Source: Candidatus Tepidifontimicrobium thermophilum
Lineage (GTDB): Bacteria > Sysuimicrobiota > Sysuimicrobiia > Sysuimicrobiales > Sysuimicrobiaceae
Assembly (NCBI GenBank): GCA_031459915.1
Contig: JAVKHO010000003.1
Coordinates: 1-64,000 of the forward strand
Reading direction: 5' to 3'
DNA: 64,000 nt
Under the pieces are notes generated by a model. The model did no database searches. It was given only the letters and a program-made list of their open reading frames with translations, and was not told where the DNA came from. Made by a program: the position numbers and the translations under genes. Of the stretch, positions 56,802-64,000 are shown one piece after another. Position 1 is the first letter of the stretch. Every line of letters begins with the position of its first letter.

Positions 56802-57734
56802 TCAGTCGGGCGCGGGCCAGCGGGGCCCGGCCCCCCGCAAGCCTTCCCAGTTCGTCCACAGCACAGCGGCCAGGATGAACGTGGCACCCGCGGCCTGCAG
56901 TGCCGTCAGGCGTTCCTGCAGGAGCAGGTGGGCGCTCAGGGCGGCCACTACCGGCTCCCACGTGGCCAGAAGGCTGGCCCGGGCGGGGGCCACCGCCCGT
57001 AACCCGTACAGGAACAGCCCGAAGGGCAGTACGGTGGCCAGCACCGCCAGGTGCAGGAAGCGTAGCCACTGGGTGGCGGTGTACGGCCGCAGCCAGGCCT
57101 CCCACGGAGGAACCACCAGGCTCCAGGCCACAGCGCCCGCCGCCAGCGCCAGGGCCAACACGCCCCAAGAGTCCGAATGGAGTACCTCGCGCCGGGCCAG
57201 CACCGTGTACGCGGCGAACAGCACCGCGGAGGCCAGGCCCCACCCCAGCCCCGCGGGCGTGACCAGGAGGCCTCGAGGACCCGCCACCAGCAGGAAGGCC
57301 CCGGACAGGGCTAGGGCCACCGTGGCGGTCCGCGAGGGAGTCATGGGGTCCCCCTCCGCTAGCCGCGCCCAGACCACCAGCAGCACGGGCGCCAGGTACT
57401 GCAGGAAGATGGCCGTGGCCACGTCCGCGGAGGCTATGGCGGCGTAGTACGCGAACTGGGTTCCGCTCAGGCACACGCCCAGCAGGCCCACCCGCCAGCG
57501 GCGCGCCCAGGCGTCCCGCAGGCCCCCCGGGCGGAGGGATCCCGCGTACAGCACGGCCACCGCGGCCGCACCCCAGAGGCGGATGGCTACCAGGGTGTGG
57601 GGGGCGACCTGCTCCGCGAACAGGGTCTTGGCCACAGCACCCGAAACGCCCCAAAGGCTGGCCGCCAGCAACACCGCGGCGTAGCCGGCGGCCCTGGAGG
57701 GAGCGGCCCGGCCCGTGAGGCTCATGGTGTACAC
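56802..57734 (-). CDS. EamA/DMT family transporter
   Basis: AASLWG, A.FLQYLAP and EPVVAA motifs; about 10 TM. Start may be ATG 57725. Confidence 0.9.
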   Translation of the reverse strand: MYTMSLTGRAAPSRAAGYAAVLLAASLWGVSGAVAKTLFAEQVAPHTLVAIRLWGAAAVAVLYAGSLRPGGLRDAWARRWRVGLLGVCLSGTQFAYYAAIASADVATAIFLQYLAPVLLVVWARLAEGDPMTPSRTATVALALSGAFLLVAGPRGLLVTPAGLGWGLASAVLFAAYTVLARREVLHSDSWGVLALALAAGAVAWSLVVPPWEAWLRPYTATQWLRFLHLAVLATVLPFGLFLYGLRAVAPARASLLATWEPVVAALSAHLLLQERLTALQAAGATFILAAVLWTNWEGLRGAGPRWPAPD

Positions 57735-57742
57735 TGGCGGCG

Positions 57743-58366
57743 ATGCTGCAGCGTCTGATCCCCCGCCGGTGGTTTGACCGCTTCGAGCGCTGGTGGGCCC
57801 GTCGGTACGGGGTGTTCGACTACGCGCCCGGCAGCGTGCTGCGGTTGCAGCTGCACCCTTACACGGGGCCTGAGCTGGAGCTTTCGGACGGCACGGTAGT
57901 GCGCCCGGGGGACCCGGTGGCGGAGGTGCATGTGGACAGTGCGCAGGTGGCGCGGCTTCACCAGGAGGCGGGGGATCCCCGCCGGGTGGGGCTGCAGTTC
58001 GCGCGACGGCTGACGGACGCCTTCACCGCCCTGGCCGCGTACTTCCGGGACAACCCGCACGTGGCCGCGGTGGCGGTGTTCGGCAACACCCTGTACTGGC
58101 AGGGCGCCGAACGGCTGGGGTGGGAGGTCCGTGACCTTACGCCGGGGTTCCACCGCTGGTTCCTCAACGTGTGGCTGCGCTTCCTGGTATGGTACTACCA
58201 CCCCCTGGGGACGCGGCGGACCGCGGGTCGGGCCCGCCTGGCTCGGGTGCGCCAGATCTGGATGTCCCGGAGCCGGCTACTCCAGCTGTACGGGTCTGCC
58301 CGCCGGGCCGGCTCCGTGGCCCGCCCTGAGCAGCTCGTCCAGGGAGACCGGTTCCAGGCCCCGTGA
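57743..58366 (+). CDS. YkoP-like protein
   Basis: Y.G.EL.LSDGT.VR.GD.VAE.H and AERLG.E motifs typical of the YkoP-like domain that accompanies polysaccharide deacetylases. Confidence 0.7.
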   Translation: MLQRLIPRRWFDRFERWWARRYGVFDYAPGSVLRLQLHPYTGPELELSDGTVVRPGDPVAEVHVDSAQVARLHQEAGDPRRVGLQFARRLTDAFTALAAYFRDNPHVAAVAVFGNTLYWQGAERLGWEVRDLTPGFHRWFLNVWLRFLVWYYHPLGTRRTAGRARLARVRQIWMSRSRLLQLYGSARRAGSVARPEQLVQGDRFQAP

Positions 58367-59002
58367 GCGCAACCCCTCCACCATGCGGGGTAGGGCTTCC
58401 AGGACGCGCTGCGGAGTGTCCGGGAACCCCCCCCGGTCGTGAAGGTTCACTACGGCCCCGGGGTGAGCCCGCCGGACCACCTCCCGTGCCATCTGCTCCG
58501 CGGCGGGTTTCCACCGATACCCCTCACCGCGCACGGTCCACAGGACCGCCACGAGCCCCAGGCGGCGGCAGGCCGCGAGCGCCGTTAGGTTGAAAGCGCC
58601 CCACGGCGGCCGGAAGTAAATCGGCCGCACGCCCGTGGCTTGCTGCACGGCCCGGACTCCTTCGGCCACCTCGCGCCAGGTGGCGCGAGGTCCCAGCGTC
58701 CACAGGTGGCCGTGGCTGAAGGTGTGGCTGCCCAGGGAGTGGCCTGCCCGAGCGACCTCGCGGGCGACGTCCGGCAACTCCAGGGCGTAGCGGCCGACGA
58801 AGAAGAAGGTGGCCCGCACCCGGTAGCGGGCCAGCACGTCCACAATGCGTAGGGTGTACTCGGGGTGGGGCCCGTCGTCGAAGGTGAGCGCCACCTGGGA
58901 CCGCCCAGGACCGCGTCGCACCGCAAACCCGGCCCTCGCCACCACCTGGGCACCCAGTGTGTACCCCACCCCCGCGGCGGCCAACACCGCCCACGGCCAC
59001 AC
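58277..59002 (-). CDS. Polysaccharide deacetylase (CE4/NodB family)
   Basis: ALTFDDGP, ATFF, GSHTFSH, FRPPWG and LHD motifs; N-terminal TM anchor. Confidence 0.93.
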   Translation of the reverse strand: MWPWAVLAAAGVGYTLGAQVVARAGFAVRRGPGRSQVALTFDDGPHPEYTLRIVDVLARYRVRATFFFVGRYALELPDVAREVARAGHSLGSHTFSHGHLWTLGPRATWREVAEGVRAVQQATGVRPIYFRPPWGAFNLTALAACRRLGLVAVLWTVRGEGYRWKPAAEQMAREVVRRAHPGAVVNLHDRGGFPDTPQRVLEALPRMVEGLRSRGLEPVSLDELLRAGHGAGPAGRPVQLE

Positions 59003-59004
59003 GC

Positions 59005-60210
59005 TTACCCCTCCTTGGGCTGCCAGCCACCCCTTGCGCTCTTCCGGCGCAACAGAGGTTCCAAGGAACGGGGCAGCAGCATGAGGTAGTTGACCGCCAC
59101 CAGGAATAGGAACAGTCCTGCGGCGTGGAACGGAGCGGAGGGCCCCACGGCGTCCCACAGGACGCCACCGAGGGCGGTGCCCAGGGCGACCCCCGCGCCC
59201 TCAACGGACATCGCGAGACCCAGGAGGGTGGCGCGCCGGGCAGGGGGCAGCAGGTCCATCAAAAGGGCATTCCACGCGGGCAGCATGGTGGCGTAGCCGA
59301 GCCCCAGGATCGCCACCAGGGGGATCAGGATCCACAGGGACCGGAAGAAGGGGAGGACGAAGAGCACCGCGGCTCCTGCTCCGATGCACATCGGGAGCAC
59401 CTCCAGCCGGTCCAGGCGGTCGATGAGACGGCCCAGGGGGACCAGCAAGAGTACCGTGAGGCCGGGTCCCGCCAGCAGCAGGACGCCGATCCACAGGGGC
59501 GTGAGTTTCAGGACCTCGCGGGCGTAGGGGGACAGGGTGGGTACCAGCATGCCCATAGCCAGAGTCTGCGCCGCCATCCCCGCCACCAGGGGCCACAGAC
59601 GCCCCGCGGTGAGTTCCACGTCGTGAACCGACTCCCGCAGCTCCTGCTGCACGTGACCGCGGGAGCGAGCCTCCAGCCGGCCTGCGAGGGGCAGCGCCGC
59701 CAGCTGGCAGGCCGCCACCAGCCCGAAGGCCGCGGCCGTGTGCACCTCCAGGAGGAAGTTGGCCAGCACGAACCCCAGGCCGGTCCCTACCAGCCAGCTG
59801 GTGAACACCGCGCCCATAGCGCTGCCGCGGCCGCCCTCCTCCGTGGCGTCCGCCACACCGCTCACCACCGCAGGCCAGACGGGGGAGGCTCCCGCCCCGC
59901 CCACCGCCGCCGCCAGCAGCAGCCCCCACACCGCCTCCACCTGAGCAAACAGCAGGGTAGCCAGGAGGGTCAGGGACAGCCCCGCCACCACGGGAAGTCG
60001 CCGACCCCACCGGTCCACCAGCCACCCGGACGGGACCTTCAGGGCCAGCTCCGACAGGTAGTAGACGGAGAGGGTGAGCCCCACCACGGACATTCCGTGC
60101 CCCACGCCGAAGCGCAGGTGGTTGGGCAGGAGGGTGAACAGCAACGCGCCCCGGGCGCACTCCACGAGTCCCACCAGGGCCGCGTGGGCGGTGGCGCGGT
60201 TACCGCGCAC
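59005..60210 (-). CDS. MFS transporter, LtaA-like glycolipid flippase candidate
   Basis: 12-TM MFS; VECARG, ASPVWP, RG.AMG.VF.SWL.G and LPAWN motifs resemble S. aureus LtaA; lies next to ugtP. Confidence 0.8.
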   Translation of the reverse strand: MRGNRATAHAALVGLVECARGALLFTLLPNHLRFGVGHGMSVVGLTLSVYYLSELALKVPSGWLVDRWGRRLPVVAGLSLTLLATLLFAQVEAVWGLLLAAAVGGAGASPVWPAVVSGVADATEEGGRGSAMGAVFTSWLVGTGLGFVLANFLLEVHTAAAFGLVAACQLAALPLAGRLEARSRGHVQQELRESVHDVELTAGRLWPLVAGMAAQTLAMGMLVPTLSPYAREVLKLTPLWIGVLLLAGPGLTVLLLVPLGRLIDRLDRLEVLPMCIGAGAAVLFVLPFFRSLWILIPLVAILGLGYATMLPAWNALLMDLLPPARRATLLGLAMSVEGAGVALGTALGGVLWDAVGPSAPFHAAGLFLFLVAVNYLMLLPRSLEPLLRRKSARGGWQPKEG

Positions 60211-61363
60211 CCCGCAAGGCCTCCGGGAGAAGTTGGGTGATGGCCTCCGCGGCCTCCTCAGCCGCTCGGGGCCTGCGGGCCCGCCGGGCGGCGGCCCGCA
60301 TGGACTCCAGCGCCGCGGGGTCGCTCACCAGCTGCGCCACGACCCGCCGGAGCTCCTCCGGGTCCCGTGCCACCCGTGCCGCTCCGGAGGCCACCAGCAT
60401 CCGCGTGTTCCACTCCTCCTGACCGGGGATGGGACGGTAGATGACCATGGGCAGCTCCCGCACCAACGCCTCGGACACGGTGATCCCGCCCGCCTTGGTG
60501 ACCAGCAGGTCCGCCACCGCCATCCACTCGTGCACGTTGGAGACGAACCCATACACGTGGAAGTCCGGCCGACGCCGGCTCCGCTGCCGCAGACGCGCCA
60601 CCAACGCCTCGTCCCGCCCGCACACGAACACCGCCTGGACCCGCTGCGGGAGTGCCGACAGGACCCGGTGGACGTCCAGGATGCCCCCCAGCATCGCATA
60701 GGCTCCCGCCATCACCAGCACCGTGATCCGGGAAGGGTCTACGCCGAGCCGGCTTGCCACCTGCGCCCGATCCACCGGCTGCGCGAACGCGGGGTCCACG
60801 GGGATCCCCGTGACCCGGATGCGGCCGGGCGGCACCCCACGATCCATCAGTCCCGCGCGGACCTCCTCGGAAGCCACGCAGTACAGGTCCACGTGCGGGT
60901 GGATCCACTGGGAGTGCACCGCGTAGTCGGTCAGCACCACCGCGGAGGGTTGCGACGCCTTCCCCTCACCCTTGAGCTCAGAAAGGGAACCTGCGGGCGT
61001 GGGGTGGACCGAGACCACCACGTGGGGGCAGCGTTGCCGGAGGTACGCCAGGAGCCGGGCCTTCCCCAGGCGGTTGATGAACCGTTGCGTGGTGGAGTCC
61101 GGCCGGATGTTGCCGGTGGCATAGTAGAAGGCGCCCCACAGGCGCGGCGCGTGACGGACGCTGCGGACGTACAGGGATCGGGTGAGCCGGTTCACCGCGG
61201 GGTTCACAAACTGTTCGAAGAAGTCCACCACGTCCACCCGGACCCGAGGCAACACCCGACGCCAAGCGTCCTCGAGGACCTCCGCCACCCGCTGGTGTCC
61301 GCCCCCATAGGAGGCGGAGAGCACCAGGAAGGAGGGTGCCTCGGAGCAAGGGGCGCGATCCAT
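60200..61363 (-). CDS. ugtP: MGDG synthase / UgtP-type diacylglycerol glycosyltransferase (GT28)
   Basis: SASYGGGH, TDYAVH..W, TGIPV, TKAGGITVSEAL and PIPGQEE.N motifs. Confidence 0.88.
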   Translation of the reverse strand: MDRAPCSEAPSFLVLSASYGGGHQRVAEVLEDAWRRVLPRVRVDVVDFFEQFVNPAVNRLTRSLYVRSVRHAPRLWGAFYYATGNIRPDSTTQRFINRLGKARLLAYLRQRCPHVVVSVHPTPAGSLSELKGEGKASQPSAVVLTDYAVHSQWIHPHVDLYCVASEEVRAGLMDRGVPPGRIRVTGIPVDPAFAQPVDRAQVASRLGVDPSRITVLVMAGAYAMLGGILDVHRVLSALPQRVQAVFVCGRDEALVARLRQRSRRRPDFHVYGFVSNVHEWMAVADLLVTKAGGITVSEALVRELPMVIYRPIPGQEEWNTRMLVASGAARVARDPEELRRVVAQLVSDPAALESMRAAARRARRPRAAEEAAEAITQLLPEALRGAR

Positions 61364-61366
61364 GGC

Positions 61367-62341
61367 CTACGGGACCTCCCCGGAGATCGCTGGCGCGACT
61401 TCCGGGGCCAGCTGGCAGGCGTCCTCCGCGGCCTTCCACGGAAGGGAGTCAGGCGGCAGCAGGATCCGCAGGGCACGGGGGAGCACCCGCGCCTGGATCC
61501 TCCTCGCCGCCTCCATGGGGTTACCGTCCACGTGGGTCTCCACGGGCCGGTCTGCGTCCACGGTGACCCGGCGGCACCTCTGGATCACGATTTCCGGGAT
61601 GGGGGACCTCCGGAGCATCTTGAGCGCCGCGTTCAGGGATCGCATGCGGCGCATCTCCTGGATGATGTACAGGTCCAGCAGCCCGTCACGGAGACTCGGG
61701 GTGGGCAGAGCGGCCACCCGCTCCCCGTACATGCGCCCGTTCACCACCGCTACCAGCAAGACCCGGCCCGTAAACCGCTCCGACTCGGTGGTGACCTCTA
61801 CCTCGAGGGGCTCGCGGCCAGCCACCAGCTCCAGCAGGCTCGCCAGGAAGTAGACCGCGCGGCCCCGCAGGATGCGCCGGTCCCGGAGGCGGTTGGCGCC
61901 CACCGCCACCCGGGCGTCGAAACCGATCCCGAAGACGTTGGCGAAGAATCGGCCGTTGGCCTCCGCCACGTCGAAGGGTGCGGGCTCCGCGTGGATCAAC
62001 GCCTGCGTGGCCCGCTGCAGGCTCCGGGGGATGGGCAACCCCCGCACAAACTCGTTGGCCGTCCCCGCGGGAATGATCCCCAGCGCGCTGCGCCCGCCGG
62101 CGCGCATCACCCCGTTCACCACCGCGTTTACGGTGCCGTCCCCGCCGACCGCCACGACGGCGGGGAACCCAGCCCGGCTCCCGCGCTCCGCGGTCTCCGC
62201 GAGGGCGTGGAACCCCGCGGCCTGTTGGACCTCGTAGGCCACGCCCCGGCTGCGGAGCGCCCGCGTCACCAGGGGCAACGCGTCCGCGATCCGCCCGCCA
62301 CCCGCGTACGGGTTGACCACCAGAAGCAGCGGCTGCACCAC
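61367..62341 (-). CDS. Diacylglycerol kinase family lipid kinase (DagK/YegS)
   Basis: VNP.AG, GGDGTVN, P.GTAN.F and GIGFDA motifs. Confidence 0.92.
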   Translation of the reverse strand: MVQPLLLVVNPYAGGGRIADALPLVTRALRSRGVAYEVQQAAGFHALAETAERGSRAGFPAVVAVGGDGTVNAVVNGVMRAGGRSALGIIPAGTANEFVRGLPIPRSLQRATQALIHAEPAPFDVAEANGRFFANVFGIGFDARVAVGANRLRDRRILRGRAVYFLASLLELVAGREPLEVEVTTESERFTGRVLLVAVVNGRMYGERVAALPTPSLRDGLLDLYIIQEMRRMRSLNAALKMLRRSPIPEIVIQRCRRVTVDADRPVETHVDGNPMEAARRIQARVLPRALRILLPPDSLPWKAAEDACQLAPEVAPAISGEVP

Positions 62342-62347
62342 AAGCCC

Positions 62348-62353
62348 ATTCTA
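62348..62353 (-). promoter_or_regulatory. -10 element (TAGAAT) for a probably leaderless DAG-kinase operon transcript
   Basis: TAGAAT overlaps the DUF2877 stop and ends 6 nt before the GTG; no SD sequence. Confidence 0.5.
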
Positions 62354-63193
62354 CGGTACCGGGCCGGGGGGAGCCGGCCGCGAGCCCTCGCCGGCCAGGA
62401 GCCCCGCCAGGAAGCCCGCCAGGGTGTCCGCGCCGGAGGTCTCACCGACCGACAGAACCTCCCGCGCAGCCGCTTCCCAGTCTCCTTCTGAAAGCGAAGC
62501 CGCGAGGCGGTGCCACGCTTCGGAGGCAAACCCTGCCGCAGCGGCCCGCAGGTAGGCTCGGGCGATGCGGTGCGTGCCCCGCGCGTGCTGCAGCAGGGTC
62601 TCCCGCGGCCGGCCCTGCAGGTAGAGGGCCAGCATCCAGCCGCACAGGAAGTCGTCCCCGCTGGGCGTGAGCCCCTGGCCGAGGCCGCAAAGCAGCCCGC
62701 AGCCGGATGCGTGCGCGCCCGCGGCGAGGGCAAGGGCTCCCTCCAGGGCCCTTCGATGCCAGTCGCGTAGGGAGGGACCGCGGCCTTGCAGCAGATGGGG
62801 GACCAGGCACGCGAGGCTTTCCGGCGGAGCTGACGCTACCAGCCACGCGCAGCAACGGCGCACCTGAACGGGGTCGGGCCTTGCGCGGGGCAGCGTGGGG
62901 TCCCACCGCGCCGCACCGTCGAGGTCCAGGGTCTGTTCGCCTGCTTGCAGGCAGGAGGGGGTGATCCGCACAGGATCCCCGGGCTGCAGGGACGCCCACG
63001 ACACACCTTCTGCGAGCAGACTCAGCGGGCCCCGACCGAGGTCCGGCGCCACCAGCGCGGCCACCGTCTCCTCAGGTCCCCAGAAGGCTACGTAGGCGCA
63101 GCGGCGGAAGGTGGCCAGCACGCGGCCCTGGGCGCCCCGGGCGCGGAGCGGCTCCAGCCAACGGGGGTACGCGAGGACGCGCACGGCGTTCAA
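62351..63193 (-). CDS. DUF2877 protein (YlbF/AllH, YahE homolog)
   Basis: L.GLG.GLTPSGDDFL.G and G.TSGADTLAG signatures; TTG at 63193 overlaps the CoxS stop. Confidence 0.88.
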   Translation of the reverse strand: MNAVRVLAYPRWLEPLRARGAQGRVLATFRRCAYVAFWGPEETVAALVAPDLGRGPLSLLAEGVSWASLQPGDPVRITPSCLQAGEQTLDLDGAARWDPTLPRARPDPVQVRRCCAWLVASAPPESLACLVPHLLQGRGPSLRDWHRRALEGALALAAGAHASGCGLLCGLGQGLTPSGDDFLCGWMLALYLQGRPRETLLQHARGTHRIARAYLRAAAAGFASEAWHRLAASLSEGDWEAAAREVLSVGETSGADTLAGFLAGLLAGEGSRPAPPGPVP

Positions 63194-63678
63194 GTGCGGC
63201 GGGCCTGCAGGCGGCGTGCCGCGTCCTCCACCGCGCGGACGATGTTCTGGTAGCCGGTGCACCGGCAGAGGTGGCCTGCGAGGGCTTCCCGGATCTGCTG
63301 GCGGGACGGAGCGGGGTGCTCCCGCAGGAAGGCGACCACCGTCATCAGGATGCCCGGCGTGCAGAATCCGCACTGCAGCCCGTGGTTCTCCCAGAAGGCT
63401 TCCTGGACGGGGTGGAGCCGATCCACAGTACCGAGCGCCTCCACCGTGGTTACCCGGTGGCCGGCGGCCTGGATCGCCAGCAACAGGCACGACCGTACAG
63501 GCTCGCCGTCCAGCCACACCGTACACGCACCGCACACGCCCTGCTCGCAGCCCACGTGGGTGCCGGTAAGCTGCAGGTCCTCCCGGAGGACGTCTGCCAG
63601 GGTCTTGCGGACAGGCACCGTGACGGTGTAAGCCGCGCCGTTCACCTCCAGCTGCACGGTCCGCAGGGGTTCACGCAT
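63190..63678 (-). CDS. 2Fe-2S small subunit of a xanthine dehydrogenase/CoxS-family molybdoenzyme
   Basis: GCEQGVCGACTV, QCGFCTPG and LCRCTGY motifs. Confidence 0.95.
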   Translation of the reverse strand: MREPLRTVQLEVNGAAYTVTVPVRKTLADVLREDLQLTGTHVGCEQGVCGACTVWLDGEPVRSCLLLAIQAAGHRVTTVEALGTVDRLHPVQEAFWENHGLQCGFCTPGILMTVVAFLREHPAPSRQQIREALAGHLCRCTGYQNIVRAVEDAARRLQARRT

Positions 63679-64000
63679 GGGCGCCTCCGGAGCGGGTCCG
63701 GGCGCGGGTCCAGGCGAGGCGGACGGTGCGCGCGGTCAGCACCGCGGCCAGGTGCCGCCGGAACTCACTGGAGGCGTGGAGGTCTCCGTCCGGCTGGAGG
63801 ACGCGGCGCGCCTCCGCGGAGGCGGCCCGGATTCCCTCTTCCAGGTCCGAGTGTTCTACCAGGGCGGCCTCCGCTTCGCGCAGCCGGACCGGTACCGGCC
63901 CTGCGCCCGCGTACGCCAGCCGGGCGTCCTGAATCCGTCCGTCCCCGGCCCGCACGCCTGCGGCCACCGCACACAGCGCGTAGTCCCCGTGACGGTTGCT
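63671..64000 (-). CDS. FAD-binding (CoxM-type) subunit of a xanthine dehydrogenase-family enzyme, C-terminal part (truncated by window)
   Basis: R.GDYAL, P.P.R..EAE.AL and DLHAS.EFRR.LA.VL C-terminal motifs. Confidence 0.88.
   Translation of the reverse strand, partial: SNRHGDYALCAVAAGVRAGDGRIQDARLAYAGAGPVPVRLREAEAALVEHSDLEEGIRAASAEARRVLQPDGDLHASSEFRRHLAAVLTARTVRLAWTRARTRSGGAHA

Noticed and set aside
1..64000. CRISPR arrays, cas genes, transposases, prophage or defence genes
   Set aside because: I recognised no regularly spaced repeats or such protein motifs by eye. Short or degenerate elements could have been missed.

Overview
A very GC-rich bacterial chromosomal segment with dense coding. 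The organism is probably a diderm: it has TolC and non-lipoprotein BMP substrate-binding proteins. The Thermus-like V/A-ATPase hints at a thermophile, but the taxon cannot be fixed from this window. From left to right: (1) the end of an intradiol-dioxygenase-like gene, then YceI, VWA and dienelactone hydrolase genes; (2) an efflux operon in which an RND pump and a MacAB-type ABC pump flank one TolC, followed by a BsuPI-domain protein; (3) tRNA-Glu, YihY, tRNA-Val, an M29 aminopeptidase, pyk, a degenerate GGDEF membrane protein and tRNA-Thr, followed by a roughly 245-nt highly structured non-coding segment; (4) a complex I operon with only the membrane-arm genes nuoA-H-J-K-L-M-N, then a complete V/A-type ATP synthase operon; (5) DUF881-sbp-gap-pgk-tpiA, a chromate-transporter remnant, secG and tRNA-Leu; (6) a putative purine/N-heterocycle catabolic region with two BMP-type ABC importers, FdrA, DUF1116, fused AccD-AccA, a cyclase-family hydrolase and a family III CoA-transferase, with DUF2877 and xanthine-dehydrogenase-family subunits at the right edge; (7) a glycolipid module inserted in that region: DAG kinase, UgtP, an LtaA-like MFS protein, a deacetylase and YkoP. 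I saw no CRISPR array, integrase or transposase. All family calls come from recognising motifs by eye, not from database searches. The top leads are the structured RNA behind tRNA-Thr, the membrane-arm-only nuo operon, the AllFGH-like catabolic cluster and the UgtP-LtaA-like module.
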